Origin: an uncultured Planctomycetaceae bacterium
GTDB taxonomy: Bacteria; Planctomycetota; Planctomycetia; Pirellulales; PALSA-1355
NCBI GenBank assembly: GCA_963785305.1
Contig: CAWAUV010000007.1
Coordinates: 1,248,001-1,312,000, forward strand
Direction: 5' to 3'
DNA length: 64,000 nucleotides
Shown here one piece after another: positions 46,969 through 58,103 of the stretch (positions within the stretch are counted from its first letter, which is position 1; each line of letters begins with the position of its first letter). The notes beneath the pieces are model-generated. The model saw nothing but the letters and a program-made list of their open reading frames with translations, did not search any database and was not told the DNA's origin. Position numbers and translations under genes: made by a program.

Positions 46969-48827
46969 ATGTGCGCCTTAGGATTGCGGTCGCTGTTGGT
47001 TGGAAACTGCTTGTGCAAGACGCCGCGGCCGGCGCGGGTGGGCTTGGCGAAGGTATTGCTGGTTGCGGTCGCGCTGCTTGCCGCGAGCGCGGCTCGCGCT
47101 CAAGACGCGTCGCCCGCGCTCAAGGAAGGCGCCACGCCGGCCGAGAGCGCCGCTCCGACCGAGAACGATGGGCAGGGCCTGCTCGATCAAGCGACCGAGG
47201 CGAAGATCACGGCCGAGAGCATGGCCGACCTGGGCGAAGTGGCCCGGCTGTGTCGCGAAGCGCTCGCCAAGGGGCTCGACGCGTCGAACACCATGTTCGC
47301 CAAGCAGCTTCTCGCCGGCACGCTCATGCAGCGGGCACAGTTCATCGGCGGCGAGATTTTCGATAGCCCCACGCCACCCGCGCGTTGGCCCGAGCTGCGC
47401 ACCCTGGCGCTGGCCGACCTGGAACAAGCGATCGAGGCGAATCCCGATCAAGAAGACGCCCATTTCCTGATCGCTCGATTGCAAATGCTGCCGGGCGGCG
47501 ATTCGGAGCGGGCGCTCAAGGCCGTGAATCGCGCGGTCGAGCTTTCCGACAAACATCCGGCGATGAAGGTCAAGGCGCTGCTCGAGCGTGCTTCGCTCGT
47601 TCATGATCCGGCAAGTCGCCGCGCCGACCTCGCCGAAGCGCTCAAGCTGGCCCCGCGCAATTCCGACGCATTGCGCATGCAGGGCCTGTTTCTGCTCACG
47701 CAAAACGAACCCGAGGCGGCGCTCAAGGTTTTCGATGAGTCGCTCGCCATCAACGACGCCCAGCCCGATGCCCACGAGGGCCGCGGCATGGCGCTCTTCG
47801 CCCTCAAGCGCTACGACGACGCGATGCTAAGCTTCGATCGCGTGATCGAGCTCGCGCCCATCTCGCCGATCGTCTACACGCACCTGCGCGGGTGCGGGCC
47901 ATCCGCGGGCAGTTCGTCGAGGCGATCTCGGAGCTCAACAACGCCTTGCAGTTGAATCCCAACCTCGAAGGCGCCCTGCTGCTGCGCGCCCGCGTTTACC
48001 AGCAAATGAAGCTCACCGAGAAAGCAATCGCCGACACGAACCGGGTGCTCGATCGCGACCCGGAAAACACCCAAGCCCAGCAGCTTCGGGCCCAATTGCT
48101 CGCCGGCAGCGGGAAGCTCAACGAAGCGATCGACGACCTCAAGAATTTGATCAGCAAGGATCCCGACGAATCGGAATACTTGCTCGAGCTCGCCATGTTC
48201 TACGCCGCCGACCAGAAGGCGCGGAAAGCGGTCGAAACCTACACGGAGTTTTTGAAGAAAGTCTCCGATAGCTGGATCGCGTATCGGGGACGCGGCGACG
48301 CGTATTTGAGCCTGGGCAAGCAGGCCGAGGCCGTGGCCGACTACGAAGCGGCGCTCAAGATCGACAGCGAAAACAGCGGAGTGCTCAACAATCTCGCGTG
48401 GCTCCTGGCCACGAGTCCCGAGGCCAAGCTTCGCAACGGAGCCCGCGCCATTGAATTGGCCACGCTCGCCTGCAAGGTGACGGATTACAAGCAGTCGCAC
48501 ATTCTCAGCACACTCGCGGCCGCGTATGCCGAGACCGGCGACTTCAAGACCGCGATCGAGTGGTCGACCAAAGCCGTGGAGCTGGGCGAGGAACCGATCA
48601 AGGCCCAACTTCGGCAAGAGCTCGCCAGCTACGAGGGCGGCAAGCCCTGGCGCGAGTCCACTCCGCCGGCAATCGCCCATCTGAATGAAGACGCCGAGGA
48701 AAAACCCGGCAAAGCCGACTCCGAGGGGCCCTCGATCGACGGAACTTCCGGCGAAGGGTCGACGGCCGACGAGGCGAGCCCGGATGCCCCCGGCGCGACT
48801 TCCAACCTGCCGCGAACCAAGCGATAG
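46969..48827 (+). CDS. Secreted multi-TPR protein (frameshift near 47885)
   Basis: Signal, many TPRs, LNNLAWLLAT..ILSTLAAAYAETGDF. Confidence 0.87.
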
Positions 48828-48839
48828 CCGATCGAGCGC

Positions 48840-49835
48840 ATGGCGAAACCCTCTGGCCAAAATCTGTTTCTGCTGACAGTCGCGATTGTTTGCGGCGTGG
48901 TCGTGGTTTGGCTCCTCGTGGGCGGCCCGCGAGATGGCGCGGCGCGCGACCCCGACCCCTCGGCCGCGCATCCCTTGCGGCTCGAGGACATTCCGTTCAA
49001 CGGCGAGCGAAGCTACGAATATCTCAAGCAGTTGTGCGAACTCGGCCCGCGCTTCAGCGGCTCGCCGGGAATGCGAGCGCAGCAAGAACTACTGGAGCGA
49101 TACTTTCGCGGCTTGGGGGCCGATGTGCGGTGGCAACCGTTCGCGGTGCGCAGCCCGCGCGACGGATCTCGCGTCGAGATGGCCAATCTGATCGTGACTT
49201 GGCATCCCGACCGCAAGGAGCGGATCTTGCTGGCCGCGCACTACGACACGCGGCCCTTTCCCGACCGCGATCCGCGGGACCCACACGGCGAGTTTGTCGG
49301 CGCCAACGACGGGGCGAGCGGCGTGGCGCTCTTGATGGAGCTCGGACGCCGCATGCCGCAACTTTCGGGCAAGCTGGGCGTCGACTTCGTGTTGTTCGAC
49401 GGCGAAGAGCTCGTCTACCACGACGACGATCGCTATTTCCTGGGCTCCGAGTATTTTTCGAACGACTACGCCGAGCATCCCCCGGCCTGCAAATACCGCT
49501 GGGCGGTGCTGCTCGATATGGTGGCCGACGCGAACCTCTCGCTGCCGCGAGAACGCTTTAGCTTCGACTGGCAAGACTCACGCCCGCTGGTCAAGAACAT
49601 CTGGGACACGGCTGCCCGGCTCAAGGTGCGTGAGTTCATTCCGCAGAACGGCTCTTGGGTGCGCGACGATCACCTCAAGTTGCATCAAAACGCGGGAATT
49701 CCGGCCTGCGACATCATCGACATGGCCTACCCTTTTTGGCATACCACGGCCGACACCCCCGACAAATGCTCGGCGCTCTCGCTGGCCAAGGTCGGCTGGG
49801 TGGTCGAGGAATGGCTCAAGCGCGCGGTGCGCTGA
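48840..49835 (+). CDS. M28 family peptidase / glutaminyl-cyclase-like
   Basis: AHYDT, GANDGASG, FDGEE, LLDMV, DDH, WHTTADT. Confidence 0.9.
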   Translation: MAKPSGQNLFLLTVAIVCGVVVVWLLVGGPRDGAARDPDPSAAHPLRLEDIPFNGERSYEYLKQLCELGPRFSGSPGMRAQQELLERYFRGLGADVRWQPFAVRSPRDGSRVEMANLIVTWHPDRKERILLAAHYDTRPFPDRDPRDPHGEFVGANDGASGVALLMELGRRMPQLSGKLGVDFVLFDGEELVYHDDDRYFLGSEYFSNDYAEHPPACKYRWAVLLDMVADANLSLPRERFSFDWQDSRPLVKNIWDTAARLKVREFIPQNGSWVRDDHLKLHQNAGIPACDIIDMAYPFWHTTADTPDKCSALSLAKVGWVVEEWLKRAVR

Positions 49836-49905
49836 ACCGGCAGCCTTTGTCGAATATTTCAACGGCCCGCCAGTGCGCTATCAAGGCACTAGAGTCCGTT
49901 GCCGT

Positions 49906-50547
49906 TCATTTGTTCGCCTCGCCGGTTGCCTCGTTGCTCGATTCGACCGGCTTTGATTCGGCCGAATCCTGCTGACGTAGAAAAATGCTGAGCACGACAA
50001 ATAGCGCGATCGACAGATATTCCGCCTGCCAGGTTTGCAGCGTTGATGACCAGAATTTAGCCGAAACCAAAAATGCCGCGATGGCGATCGGCGCCTGGCC
50101 CGTTAGCGAGCGTTCCTCGTTGTAGGCGCGGGCGTCGACGACTATGTGCAACACGAGCGCAATCCCGAATAGCAGCAAAAACGCAAGGAACAGCGAATGG
50201 CGGTAGAGCCAGGAGTATTGGCTTGCCTTGGAGCGCCTCCGCCCGCGCATCGGCTTCAACGGATCGCGGGAATGCGGCGAGCCTCGCTGATAGAGGAACC
50301 CGCTAAACACGATCAACGAGGCGAGTTGCAGGAAAGCCGCCTGCCAATTCACGGCGAGACCCTCCAGAAAGGCGCCGGTGCGCAGATTATGCCAATAGCT
50401 AATCGGCGCCTGCCCATGCACCGCCAAAATCTCGTTGTGTAGCAGCCAGCCGGCAAAACTTTGCGCGACGATGCAGATGATGAAAAGCGAGAACAAGACG
50501 ATCGAGAGCGAGCTTTCTCGGATCACCTGCATCAGGTCCTTGGCCAT
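49906..50547 (-). CDS. DUF6766-like membrane protein
   Basis: Duplicated NWQAAFLQ / TWQAEYL and QRGSPHS / QQDSAESKP motifs. Confidence 0.72.
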   Translation of the reverse strand: MAKDLMQVIRESSLSIVLFSLFIICIVAQSFAGWLLHNEILAVHGQAPISYWHNLRTGAFLEGLAVNWQAAFLQLASLIVFSGFLYQRGSPHSRDPLKPMRGRRRSKASQYSWLYRHSLFLAFLLLFGIALVLHIVVDARAYNEERSLTGQAPIAIAAFLVSAKFWSSTLQTWQAEYLSIALFVVLSIFLRQQDSAESKPVESSNEATGEANK

Positions 50548-50864
50548 GGCGCTGCTCCTTCGTCGTGATGGCGGACGTCTTCTTAATCGCATGGGCCGCC
50601 TTCACGACAATGCACGCTTTCGGGCGTCTTTCCGCGGGGCATCATCATGCGCATTTCCATTCGCGAGGCCCAGTGCCTTGTCGCGGCTGAAATGACGGAT
50701 TGGATTCGTTCCGCGGCGCCATGCCCACGGTCCCGCGTTGGGCATGAGGAACGTGGGTCGCGCTTGAAAACATGCCCACGCAGGGCAGTGGGCGTGGCGC
50801 CGCGCGCACACCGAATTATCCATCATTTCAGCCGTGAAGGAAGATTAGCGGCCTGTTGAAGATT

Positions 50865-52058
50865 TCAAGTGGCCGCTAGCACCCGGCAGACCATGCTCGC
50901 GATCATCCACTCCTCGTCGGTGTGAATCACGCGGACCGCAACCCGGCTCGCGGCCGCGGAAATCACGCTCTCATTGGCCGCATTGGACTTCTCTTCGAGT
51001 TCGATTCCAAGAAAGCCCAACGCATCGCAAATCCGGGCGCGGACCACCGGCGCATTCTCTCCGATGCCGCCGGCGAACACCAGGGTGTCCAGTCCGCCCA
51101 ATGCCGCCGCGAAAGCGCCAATCCATTTCTTGACCTGATAGCAAAATATCGCGACGGCCTCGGCCGCCCGCACATCCCGCGTCTCGCTCTTGAGCAAGTC
51201 ATGCATGTCGGAACTGGTTTCGGATATTCCCAGCAGCCCGGACTGCAGGTTGACCATCTTGTTGAATTGCTCGGCGCTCATTTTCTCCGTGCGCGCGAGG
51301 TACCAGAAGAGTCCGGGATCCAGATCGCCGGAGCGAGTGCTCATCGGCACGCCGGCGGTCGGGGTGAAACTCATGCTGGTGTCGATGGACTTGCCGTCGC
51401 GCACCGCGGCCAGGCTCGCGCCGCTGCCGAGATGGGCGAGGATAACCCGGCCTTTCGCGGCCTCGGCTCCGGCCCGGCGGGCCAGCTCTTCCATCAGATA
51501 CGAATAGGACAACCCGTGAAAGCCATACCGCCGCACTCCCAGCGCCTCGTAGCGGCGCGGGATCGGCAGCAACCGCGCCACGCGCGGCAAATCATGGTGA
51601 AAGGCCGTGTCGAAACAAGCCACCTGGGGAAGATCCGGAAAGCGGCGATGAAACGCCTCGGTTAACAGGATCTCCTCCGGCAGATGCTCGGGGTCGAAGG
51701 CGCTGAGTCGGCGGAGCTCCTCGACCATTGCCGGGGTGATTCGCCGCGGTTGATAGTACTTCGGCCCGCCCTGCACCACGCGATGCCCCGCCGCGGTCAA
51801 TTCGTCATGGCCGCGGCGGCTCTCGATCCAATCCATCAGCGCGCCCGCGGCAGCGGCGTGATCCGGCGCCGTTACTGGCCGCGAAAAATCGTCGACCGGG
51901 TTCAGTCCTTTTACCTGAAAGCGGGCATCCGGCAGACCGATTCGCTCAATCGCGCCCGCCACCAGACGGCGGAGCGGGCGATCGGCCTCGAACAGCGCGA
52001 ATTTGATGCTCGACGAGCCGCCGTTGATGGTCAGAATGCGTGGATTAGCGCGTGGCAC
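50865..52058 (-). CDS. ackA: Acetate/propionate kinase
   Basis: INGGSSSIK, HRVV, FDTAFH, YGFHGLSY, HLGSGAS, GGIGEN, TDEE. Confidence 0.94.
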   Translation of the reverse strand: MPRANPRILTINGGSSSIKFALFEADRPLRRLVAGAIERIGLPDARFQVKGLNPVDDFSRPVTAPDHAAAAGALMDWIESRRGHDELTAAGHRVVQGGPKYYQPRRITPAMVEELRRLSAFDPEHLPEEILLTEAFHRRFPDLPQVACFDTAFHHDLPRVARLLPIPRRYEALGVRRYGFHGLSYSYLMEELARRAGAEAAKGRVILAHLGSGASLAAVRDGKSIDTSMSFTPTAGVPMSTRSGDLDPGLFWYLARTEKMSAEQFNKMVNLQSGLLGISETSSDMHDLLKSETRDVRAAEAVAIFCYQVKKWIGAFAAALGGLDTLVFAGGIGENAPVVRARICDALGFLGIELEEKSNAANESVISAAASRVAVRVIHTDEEWMIASMVCRVLAAT

Positions 52059-52068
52059 CGAGGACTCC

Positions 52069-52692
52069 TCAATCGTGTCGCAATCCCAAAGCAGCCAGTT
52101 TCGTGCCCGTCGATCGGTAATCCGCGTGAACAATGCCGCGAATCCCCAAACCTTCCGCGATCTCGACGAACATGGGCGTGTTGTCGATGAAGATGATTTG
52201 CTCGACGGGCGTCTGGGCGATGTCCAGCGCAAGCCGGAAGATATCCGCGTCGGGCTTTCGAACATGGACGAAGCAGGAGGAAACGAAAGCATCGACGATG
52301 GCGTCCAGCTTGAACTCGCGAATCCGATACGCGTTTACTTCGCGAGCCTCGTTGCTGACCACGACGATCTTCAACCCGTGCTGGACCTTGAGTCGAGCGA
52401 CCAGGGCGATCATCTCGGGGTAAGCTTTCGATTGCGCGAACATGCAGCGACGAAACTGAGCCCGAGTGAACGGCCTTTTTTCGTGAAAGACGAGTCGATT
52501 CAGGTATTCGTCCGACGTGAGCTTTCCCTCCTCATAGGTTTCGTACATCAAATGATGCCGACCCTCGATCTCGGCCCACGGCAGCTTGAAGTGCCTTGCC
52601 ACCCGTTTGCGGGCAAGATGATCCCAACCGTCGGTGAGCAAGACTCCACCGACATCGAGAAACAGCGTCGTTATCTTAAACGGTCTTTTCAT
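52069..52692 (-). CDS. HAD-family phosphatase
   Basis: FLDVGGVL, VSN, RKPD, FIDN. Confidence 0.9.
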   Translation of the reverse strand: MKRPFKITTLFLDVGGVLLTDGWDHLARKRVARHFKLPWAEIEGRHHLMYETYEEGKLTSDEYLNRLVFHEKRPFTRAQFRRCMFAQSKAYPEMIALVARLKVQHGLKIVVVSNEAREVNAYRIREFKLDAIVDAFVSSCFVHVRKPDADIFRLALDIAQTPVEQIIFIDNTPMFVEIAEGLGIRGIVHADYRSTGTKLAALGLRHD

Positions 52693-52852
52693 TTGAATTA
52701 TCTTCGACGGAGTCGCGTTCGACGGATTTCGGACATGCTGTCTCTTCATCGGCGCCCAGTCGACGAGCGGGGCCGCGAGATGCCTCGATCCGATCGCCAC
52801 CGCCATGATCGAACCGCGTCGCAGCTCCCTTTTTCACCGGCCCGCGCGGCTC

Positions 52853-55664
52853 TCACTTATGCGGAGCCGTGTCGGCTGGCTTGCCTTTCGCGGGCTCGTT
52901 CAGCAGCCCCTTCAGCGCGTCGATCGCTTTCTGCATTTCGCCAAGCTTGAGCCTGGCTTGATTCAATTCCACATTGCCCGTCGCTGGTTGCGCCTCGCCG
53001 GTCTCGCTTCCCGAGGAACCAAACAGCGCGCTCAGTGCCTCGTCGAGCGTGGGTTCCATCACGACCTTGTTTCCGGTCGCCACGATGACGCGTTTGAGCT
53101 GGGGAAAGTTCGTGCCCGCGGCCCTGAGATAAAGCGGGACCACATAGAGGAAGGAATTCTCGATCGGGATCACGACCAATTTGCCGCGAATGACACCCGA
53201 GCCTTTTTGATCCCAGAGGGTCAATTGTTGCGAAATCGTGGTGTTCTGGTCGATCATCGCGGACACTTGATTCGGGCCGTAGATCAACTTCTCCTTGGGA
53301 AGCTCGTAAAACAGCATTTTTCCGTACTCGGGGAAATCGCACCTGGCGGCCATCCAGGCGATCATATTGTCCCTGTTTTGCGGCGTGAAAGGACTCATGA
53401 TGAGGTATTCCAACTGCTCGCTTCCCGGAAGCTTCATGAGGATGTAATACGGTTCCATGGGCGCCAACTGCGCCGTCGTACTTTTCCTCCGGCGCCACCC
53501 AGAGATCCTCGCGGTTGTAGAAGACCTGGGGATCGGTCATGTGGAAGCTCTCGTATTGGTCCGCTTGAATTCCAAACAGGTCCTGTGGGTAGCGCAGATG
53601 GAGCTTTAGATCGGGCGGGAGTTCATTAAGGTCCTTGAAAACACCCGGAAAGGCGCGCCGGTAAACCGCGAGCACGGGGTCCGCGGGATCCATGACGTAG
53701 AACGACACCGTGCCGTCGTACATGTCCACGACGGCCTTCGCGGAATTGCGGATGTAATTCAGCCCCGCGCCGAAGTCGGTTTGATGCGGATTCGAATACG
53801 GAAAGCGGTTCGACGTGGTGTATACATCCTGGATCCAGTACTGTTTGCCTTCGCTCACGACGGCGTAAGGATCCGAGTCGAGACTCAAGAAGGGAGCGAC
53901 CCGCGACACGCGTTCCCGCACGTCCCGCCAGATCTGAATCCGGCTTCCGGGTTCGAGGTAGGACGTTAGCAGTAGATTGATATCGCCTTGCGTCCAGGCG
54001 AACAACAGCCGCTTGCCGAAGCTATCGATGGGTATCCCGCCATTTCCTTGATAGCTTTCATAGACATTCTGGTTCCCTTTCGGGTAGTCGAATTCCTTGA
54101 TGCCCGTCGCGACGATCCTGGAACCCCGCATCGACTCGCCATAGTAAATCGCGGGCTGCGATGTTTTCACGCCGCGAGTGGACTCCGGCGGAATGTTGTC
54201 GACGAGGTACACCGGAAAACCACCCGGCGTGATTTTCGAGACGAAATTCATCACCACGCCCTCGCCGTGCGTGAATTGCAAGTTGTAATTCACCCAAGTC
54301 CGCGCCTCGGCGGGAAGGTTCTCCGCGAGTTCCCGGGTCGAGAGCATCACTTGATGATAGCCATCGGCCAAGTGGTAACGGTCCGTATCCACGTTGTAAA
54401 ATTCGTAATAGAGACGTATGGCTTGAGTCTGCTGATAGGTTTGAAGCAGCGGACGCGAATCCCAGAGACGGATATTTTGGATCGTGCCTTGATTCCTCGC
54501 GATCATTTCCGGCGTGAGATCCTCGAGCGCCGGGTAAGCCGTCTCCTGGATTACGTCGAGGTTGTACGCTTTCCGCGTGAACTCGATGTAATTCTCCAAA
54601 TAGGGCTTCTCGAAGGCGAGTTCGTTCGGCTCCACCACGAACTGTTGAACAAGGGCCGGGGCCAACACGACGGCCACCATGTAGGTCGCCGCGTAGGAGC
54701 AGACGCCGATCGCCATGGCCTTCCGAGTCGGACGGAAAAAATTGAAGATCAGCAGCGCGCAAGCCACCGCCGAGACGCCGATCATGACCCACAGGGCAAC
54801 AAGAGTCGCATGAGCCGCCGTATAGCCGACGCCATGGACCACGCCCCTCGTGGAGTACAAAAGCTCGTACCGATCCAGGTAAAAGCCGAACCCGAAAGTA
54901 GCCGTCAAAATGAAGAAGAGCACGGTCAGATGCCGAACGGCGTTGCCCCAAGTCTCGATGTTGCGATCGTCGCGAAATCGCAATAGTCCGAAGCAGGCGT
55001 TGACGGAAACGACGGCGATGATCGCCAGCGCCGTCAAGAATACGCAGCTACCTCGTAGCAGCTCGTAAAAGGGAAGACGAAACAGATAAAACCCGACATC
55101 GACTTTGAAGATCGGATCCACCAATCCGACGGACTCGCCGTATCGGAAGCGGAGATACGTATCCCATTGAGTGTAGATACCAAGCGCGAAGGCCGCGGCG
55201 ACGATCGCCGCGGTGAGCATCGTGGCGCGAGTCAACAGATGGCGGGCGATACGAAGGCTTTGCATTTTGACGCCACGCGTATCGTCGAGCGAGCCGATTT
55301 TCGATTTCGGATCGTTCTCCGCCAGCGCGAAGCTATTCCTGGCCGCCTGGCGGATATTGATCCACAGGAACAAAAACGCCCCGATGAACGCAATACAGGC
55401 CATTCCCCACTCGACCGAAAACACCGTCCAGAATATGTCCGCGAAGCCTAGTTGTCGCAGCCACAACCAATTCCGCAGCACGTTGGGAATCACCGCGAGC
55501 ACGGCGATAACGAAGATCGCGGCGAAATAAAGCCGAGTAAACAGCTTGCGTCGTCCCGGGCGTAGCTGCTCCCGGCCCACGCCATGAGCGATGGGTGGAG
55601 AACCATTGTGCTCGACGACCAAGCGCGACGTGTCGACAGGCGGCGCGGCGGTGTTTCCGATCAT
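52853..55664 (-). CDS. UPF0182-family membrane protein (frameshift near 53465)
   Basis: [57 protein letters not shown]. Confidence 0.9.
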
Positions 55665-55770
55665 GAGTTTTTCCTCCGCATGGCGGGTTAAGATATTACT
55701 TACTAAATGGCGTGGCGGTTGCTCGCCCAACAGGGACATCGGCTTGGCGAGTTGACGCTCCCGAAGGGGT

Positions 55771-56859
55771 TCATTGAATGTCTTGGGTCTTCGATGCGAT
55801 GCAGGCCAGCAGCTCCGTCCAGGACTTGCCGAACGACAAGGCCCCCTCGACCTGAAGCTGAATCGCCAGGGCATCGATATCGATGCCGGCCGCGACGAAT
55901 CTCGCGAGAACCTGTTCACCGGCGCCGCCGTCCGCGGGCAGAAGTCCTTCGATCGAGGATTGCTCGGCAAGGGCGTTCAAAGTGCCCTCGGGCATCGTGT
56001 TCACCGTGAACGGCGCGGCGAGAGCGTTGACATAAAGAAGATCGGATGCCGACGGATCCTTGGTTCCCGTGCTGGCCCAGAGCAAGCGCTGCGGACGGGC
56101 GCCGGTGTTGAAAAGCGCCTGCCAGCGATGGGAGTCGATCAGATCGCGATAGGCCGCATAGGTGCGGCGCGCGATTGCGATACCGAGTTGATTGCGTAGA
56201 TTTCCGGGGACTTTGTCGGCGACCGCCACGTCCCAGCGACTGATGAACATGGAAGCAACCGAGGCGATGTTGGGTTCCAAACCGGCGGTAATTCGCCGCT
56301 CGATTCCCCGCAGATAGGCCTCGGCGGCAGCTAGGTACTGCTCGCGGGAGAATAACAACGTCACATTCACCGGCACGCCCGAGAAGATTGCTTCCTCGAT
56401 TGCCACGAGGCCCTCTCGGGTACCGGGGATTTTGATGAAGAGGTTCGGGCGCCCCGCGCGGGCATGAAGTTCCTTGGCGGCGGCGACCGTGCCGGCCGTG
56501 TCATGCGCCAGCAGTGGCGACACCTCCAGCGAAACCCAGCCATCGACGCCGCTCGTGTGATCATGAATCCGCCGAAACAGGTCGGCGGCTCGCCTGAGGT
56601 CCTCGAGCGCCAACTCGAAGAACAGCGACTCGCCTGACAGACCGTGCTTCACCTTCTGGCGGATGGCGTCGTCGTAGTCGTGGCTGTTCTTGATGGCGTG
56701 GTCGAAGATCGTGGGGTTCGAAGTAAGCCCCGTGACCGAGAACTCGTTGATATAGCGACGTAGCGAGCCGCCGGCCAGCAAATCGCGGGTAATGTTGTCG
56801 AGCCAGATGCTCTGGCCCATTTCGTGTAATATTTCGGTCGCTCGGATCGCCGTTTTCAT
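55771..56859 (-). CDS. tal: Transaldolase
   Basis: SIWLDN, GLTSNPTIF, SLEVSP, FIKIPGT, NVTLLFS, LWASTGTK. Confidence 0.94.
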   Translation of the reverse strand: MKTAIRATEILHEMGQSIWLDNITRDLLAGGSLRRYINEFSVTGLTSNPTIFDHAIKNSHDYDDAIRQKVKHGLSGESLFFELALEDLRRAADLFRRIHDHTSGVDGWVSLEVSPLLAHDTAGTVAAAKELHARAGRPNLFIKIPGTREGLVAIEEAIFSGVPVNVTLLFSREQYLAAAEAYLRGIERRITAGLEPNIASVASMFISRWDVAVADKVPGNLRNQLGIAIARRTYAAYRDLIDSHRWQALFNTGARPQRLLWASTGTKDPSASDLLYVNALAAPFTVNTMPEGTLNALAEQSSIEGLLPADGGAGEQVLARFVAAGIDIDALAIQLQVEGALSFGKSWTELLACIASKTQDIQ

Positions 56860-56929
56860 GTTGATATCCTTTTGGGTAGTTGCCGTCGCCAGTCCGCTCG
56901 GTTCGAACGGGACATCTCGAAGGATCGCT

Positions 56930-57391
56930 TCATGGCGCAGCGCTCGGGATTTCCAGCGCATGCACTTTGGCGAGGCGGCGCTTGTGGCGTTCCGCGCCGC
57001 TGAAGCGAGCGGTCAGGAAGGTCTCGATCAGTTCGCAAGCAAGCGCGGATCCGATCACTTTGCCTCCCAGGCAAAAGACATTCATATCGTCGTCCTCGAC
57101 TCCCTGGTGCGCGGAAAACTCATCGTGGATTAGCCCGGCGCGCACTCCGGGAATCTTGTTCGCGGCGACGGACGCTCCCACGCCGCTGCCACAGAACGCC
57201 ACTCCGCGCTCGACCGTTCCCGACGCGACTGCCCTGGCCAAGGCAATGATGAAGTCGGGATAGTCATCGTCGAGTTGCAATTGATAAGCGCCGAAGTCCA
57301 CGACCTCGTATCCCAAGCCGCGCAGCGAGTCCGCCACTTGCTCTTTCAAGGCAAACCCTCCATGATCCGCGGCGATTCCAACTCGCATCAT
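56930..57391 (-). CDS. rpiB: Ribose-5-phosphate isomerase B
   Basis: ADHGG, DDYPD, CGSGVG, NK, RHKRR. Confidence 0.94.
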   Translation of the reverse strand: MMRVGIAADHGGFALKEQVADSLRGLGYEVVDFGAYQLQLDDDYPDFIIALARAVASGTVERGVAFCGSGVGASVAANKIPGVRAGLIHDEFSAHQGVEDDDMNVFCLGGKVIGSALACELIETFLTARFSGAERHKRRLAKVHALEIPSAAP

Positions 57392-57725
57392 GGTTTCTCC
57401 CTAGGCCGAGCGGGGTTTGACTTTTCTCATGGATCGCGGCAATTCGTGACGGATCGGCTTTGACGCCACGGTCAGGGCCCCGGGTTCCTGGATTCCCGAG
57501 GGGGCGCCTTCGCGGGCACGATCTCTCGCGCCCAAGTATTTCAAAAGCCAGTGGAATCGTGCTCAGCGCGCCCACCGCGACAAGGGCCCAGCCAGCGGCC
57601 TTCCGCTGATCGTTATTCAACCTGCCGGCCAGCAGCAGACCGAGCCCGGCCCCGAATACCGCCCGGGTGCCGGCCAAGAGAGCAATGTCAGGTAATGTCA
57701 CTCTTCGTTCCCGCATGTCGCTCAT
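57264..57725 (-). CDS. Small membrane protein (true stop probably before rpiB start)
   Basis: AGTRAVFGAGLGLLL..GWALVAVGALSTIP, two TM helices; overlap with rpiB suggests an indel. Confidence 0.6.
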   Translation of the reverse strand: MSDMRERRVTLPDIALLAGTRAVFGAGLGLLLAGRLNNDQRKAAGWALVAVGALSTIPLAFEILGRERSCPRRRPLGNPGTRGPDRGVKADPSRIAAIHEKSQTPLGLGRNHDASWNRRGSWRVCLERASGGLAARLGIRGRGLRRLSIATRR

Positions 57726-57863
57726 GGTCGGAGTCTCTCGACGAATTCTTGCTTGACGTTGACCATTGAACTGAAATCGGGCCGGTTATTTTCAAAAGGG
57801 TCAGTCGCCCTTCGAGGTCCTTCAGTTTCGCGAAACAGCCGGGGCAATAGGCCGCCATCAACG

Positions 57864-57913
57864 AAAAAAGCCGACGCGATCGAGCGCCCAAAGGCGCTCG
57901 ATCGCGTCGGCTT
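57864..57913 (-). terminator. Intrinsic terminator inside the leader
   Basis: Perfect 21-bp inverted repeat (57868-57888 / 57893-57913), 4-nt loop, U6 on minus strand. Confidence 0.9.
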
Positions 57914-57970
57914 ACTTTTTAACGAGCCACCCGGTGTGAGCCGGAGCGCCCTTTACCTAGTCTTCCGACA
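57864..57970 (-). ncRNA. Putative cis-regulatory leader RNA (riboswitch/antiterminator-like)
   Basis: GUCGG-AAG-ACU-AGGUAAA-GGGC..CCGG(CUCACA)CCGG..GCUC-GUUAAAA-AGU-AAG-CCGAC; 3' strand shared with terminator. Confidence 0.6.
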
Positions 57971-58023
57971 ACGTTGACTAAATGCTTCGTTTCACCGGCA
58001 CTCAGTCATCATGCGTTGGATTC

Positions 58024-58051
58024 ATTGTACGACGTCGCAACCGGAAGGCAA
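58024..58051 (-). promoter_or_regulatory. Sigma-70-like promoter
   Basis: TTGCCT-N16-TACAAT on minus strand; start near 58017. Confidence 0.55.
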
Positions 58052-58103
58052 ACGAAATGTATTTCGGGCGACGCCGGATCGACTTGTCGCCCGCGGCCGG
58101 AAG

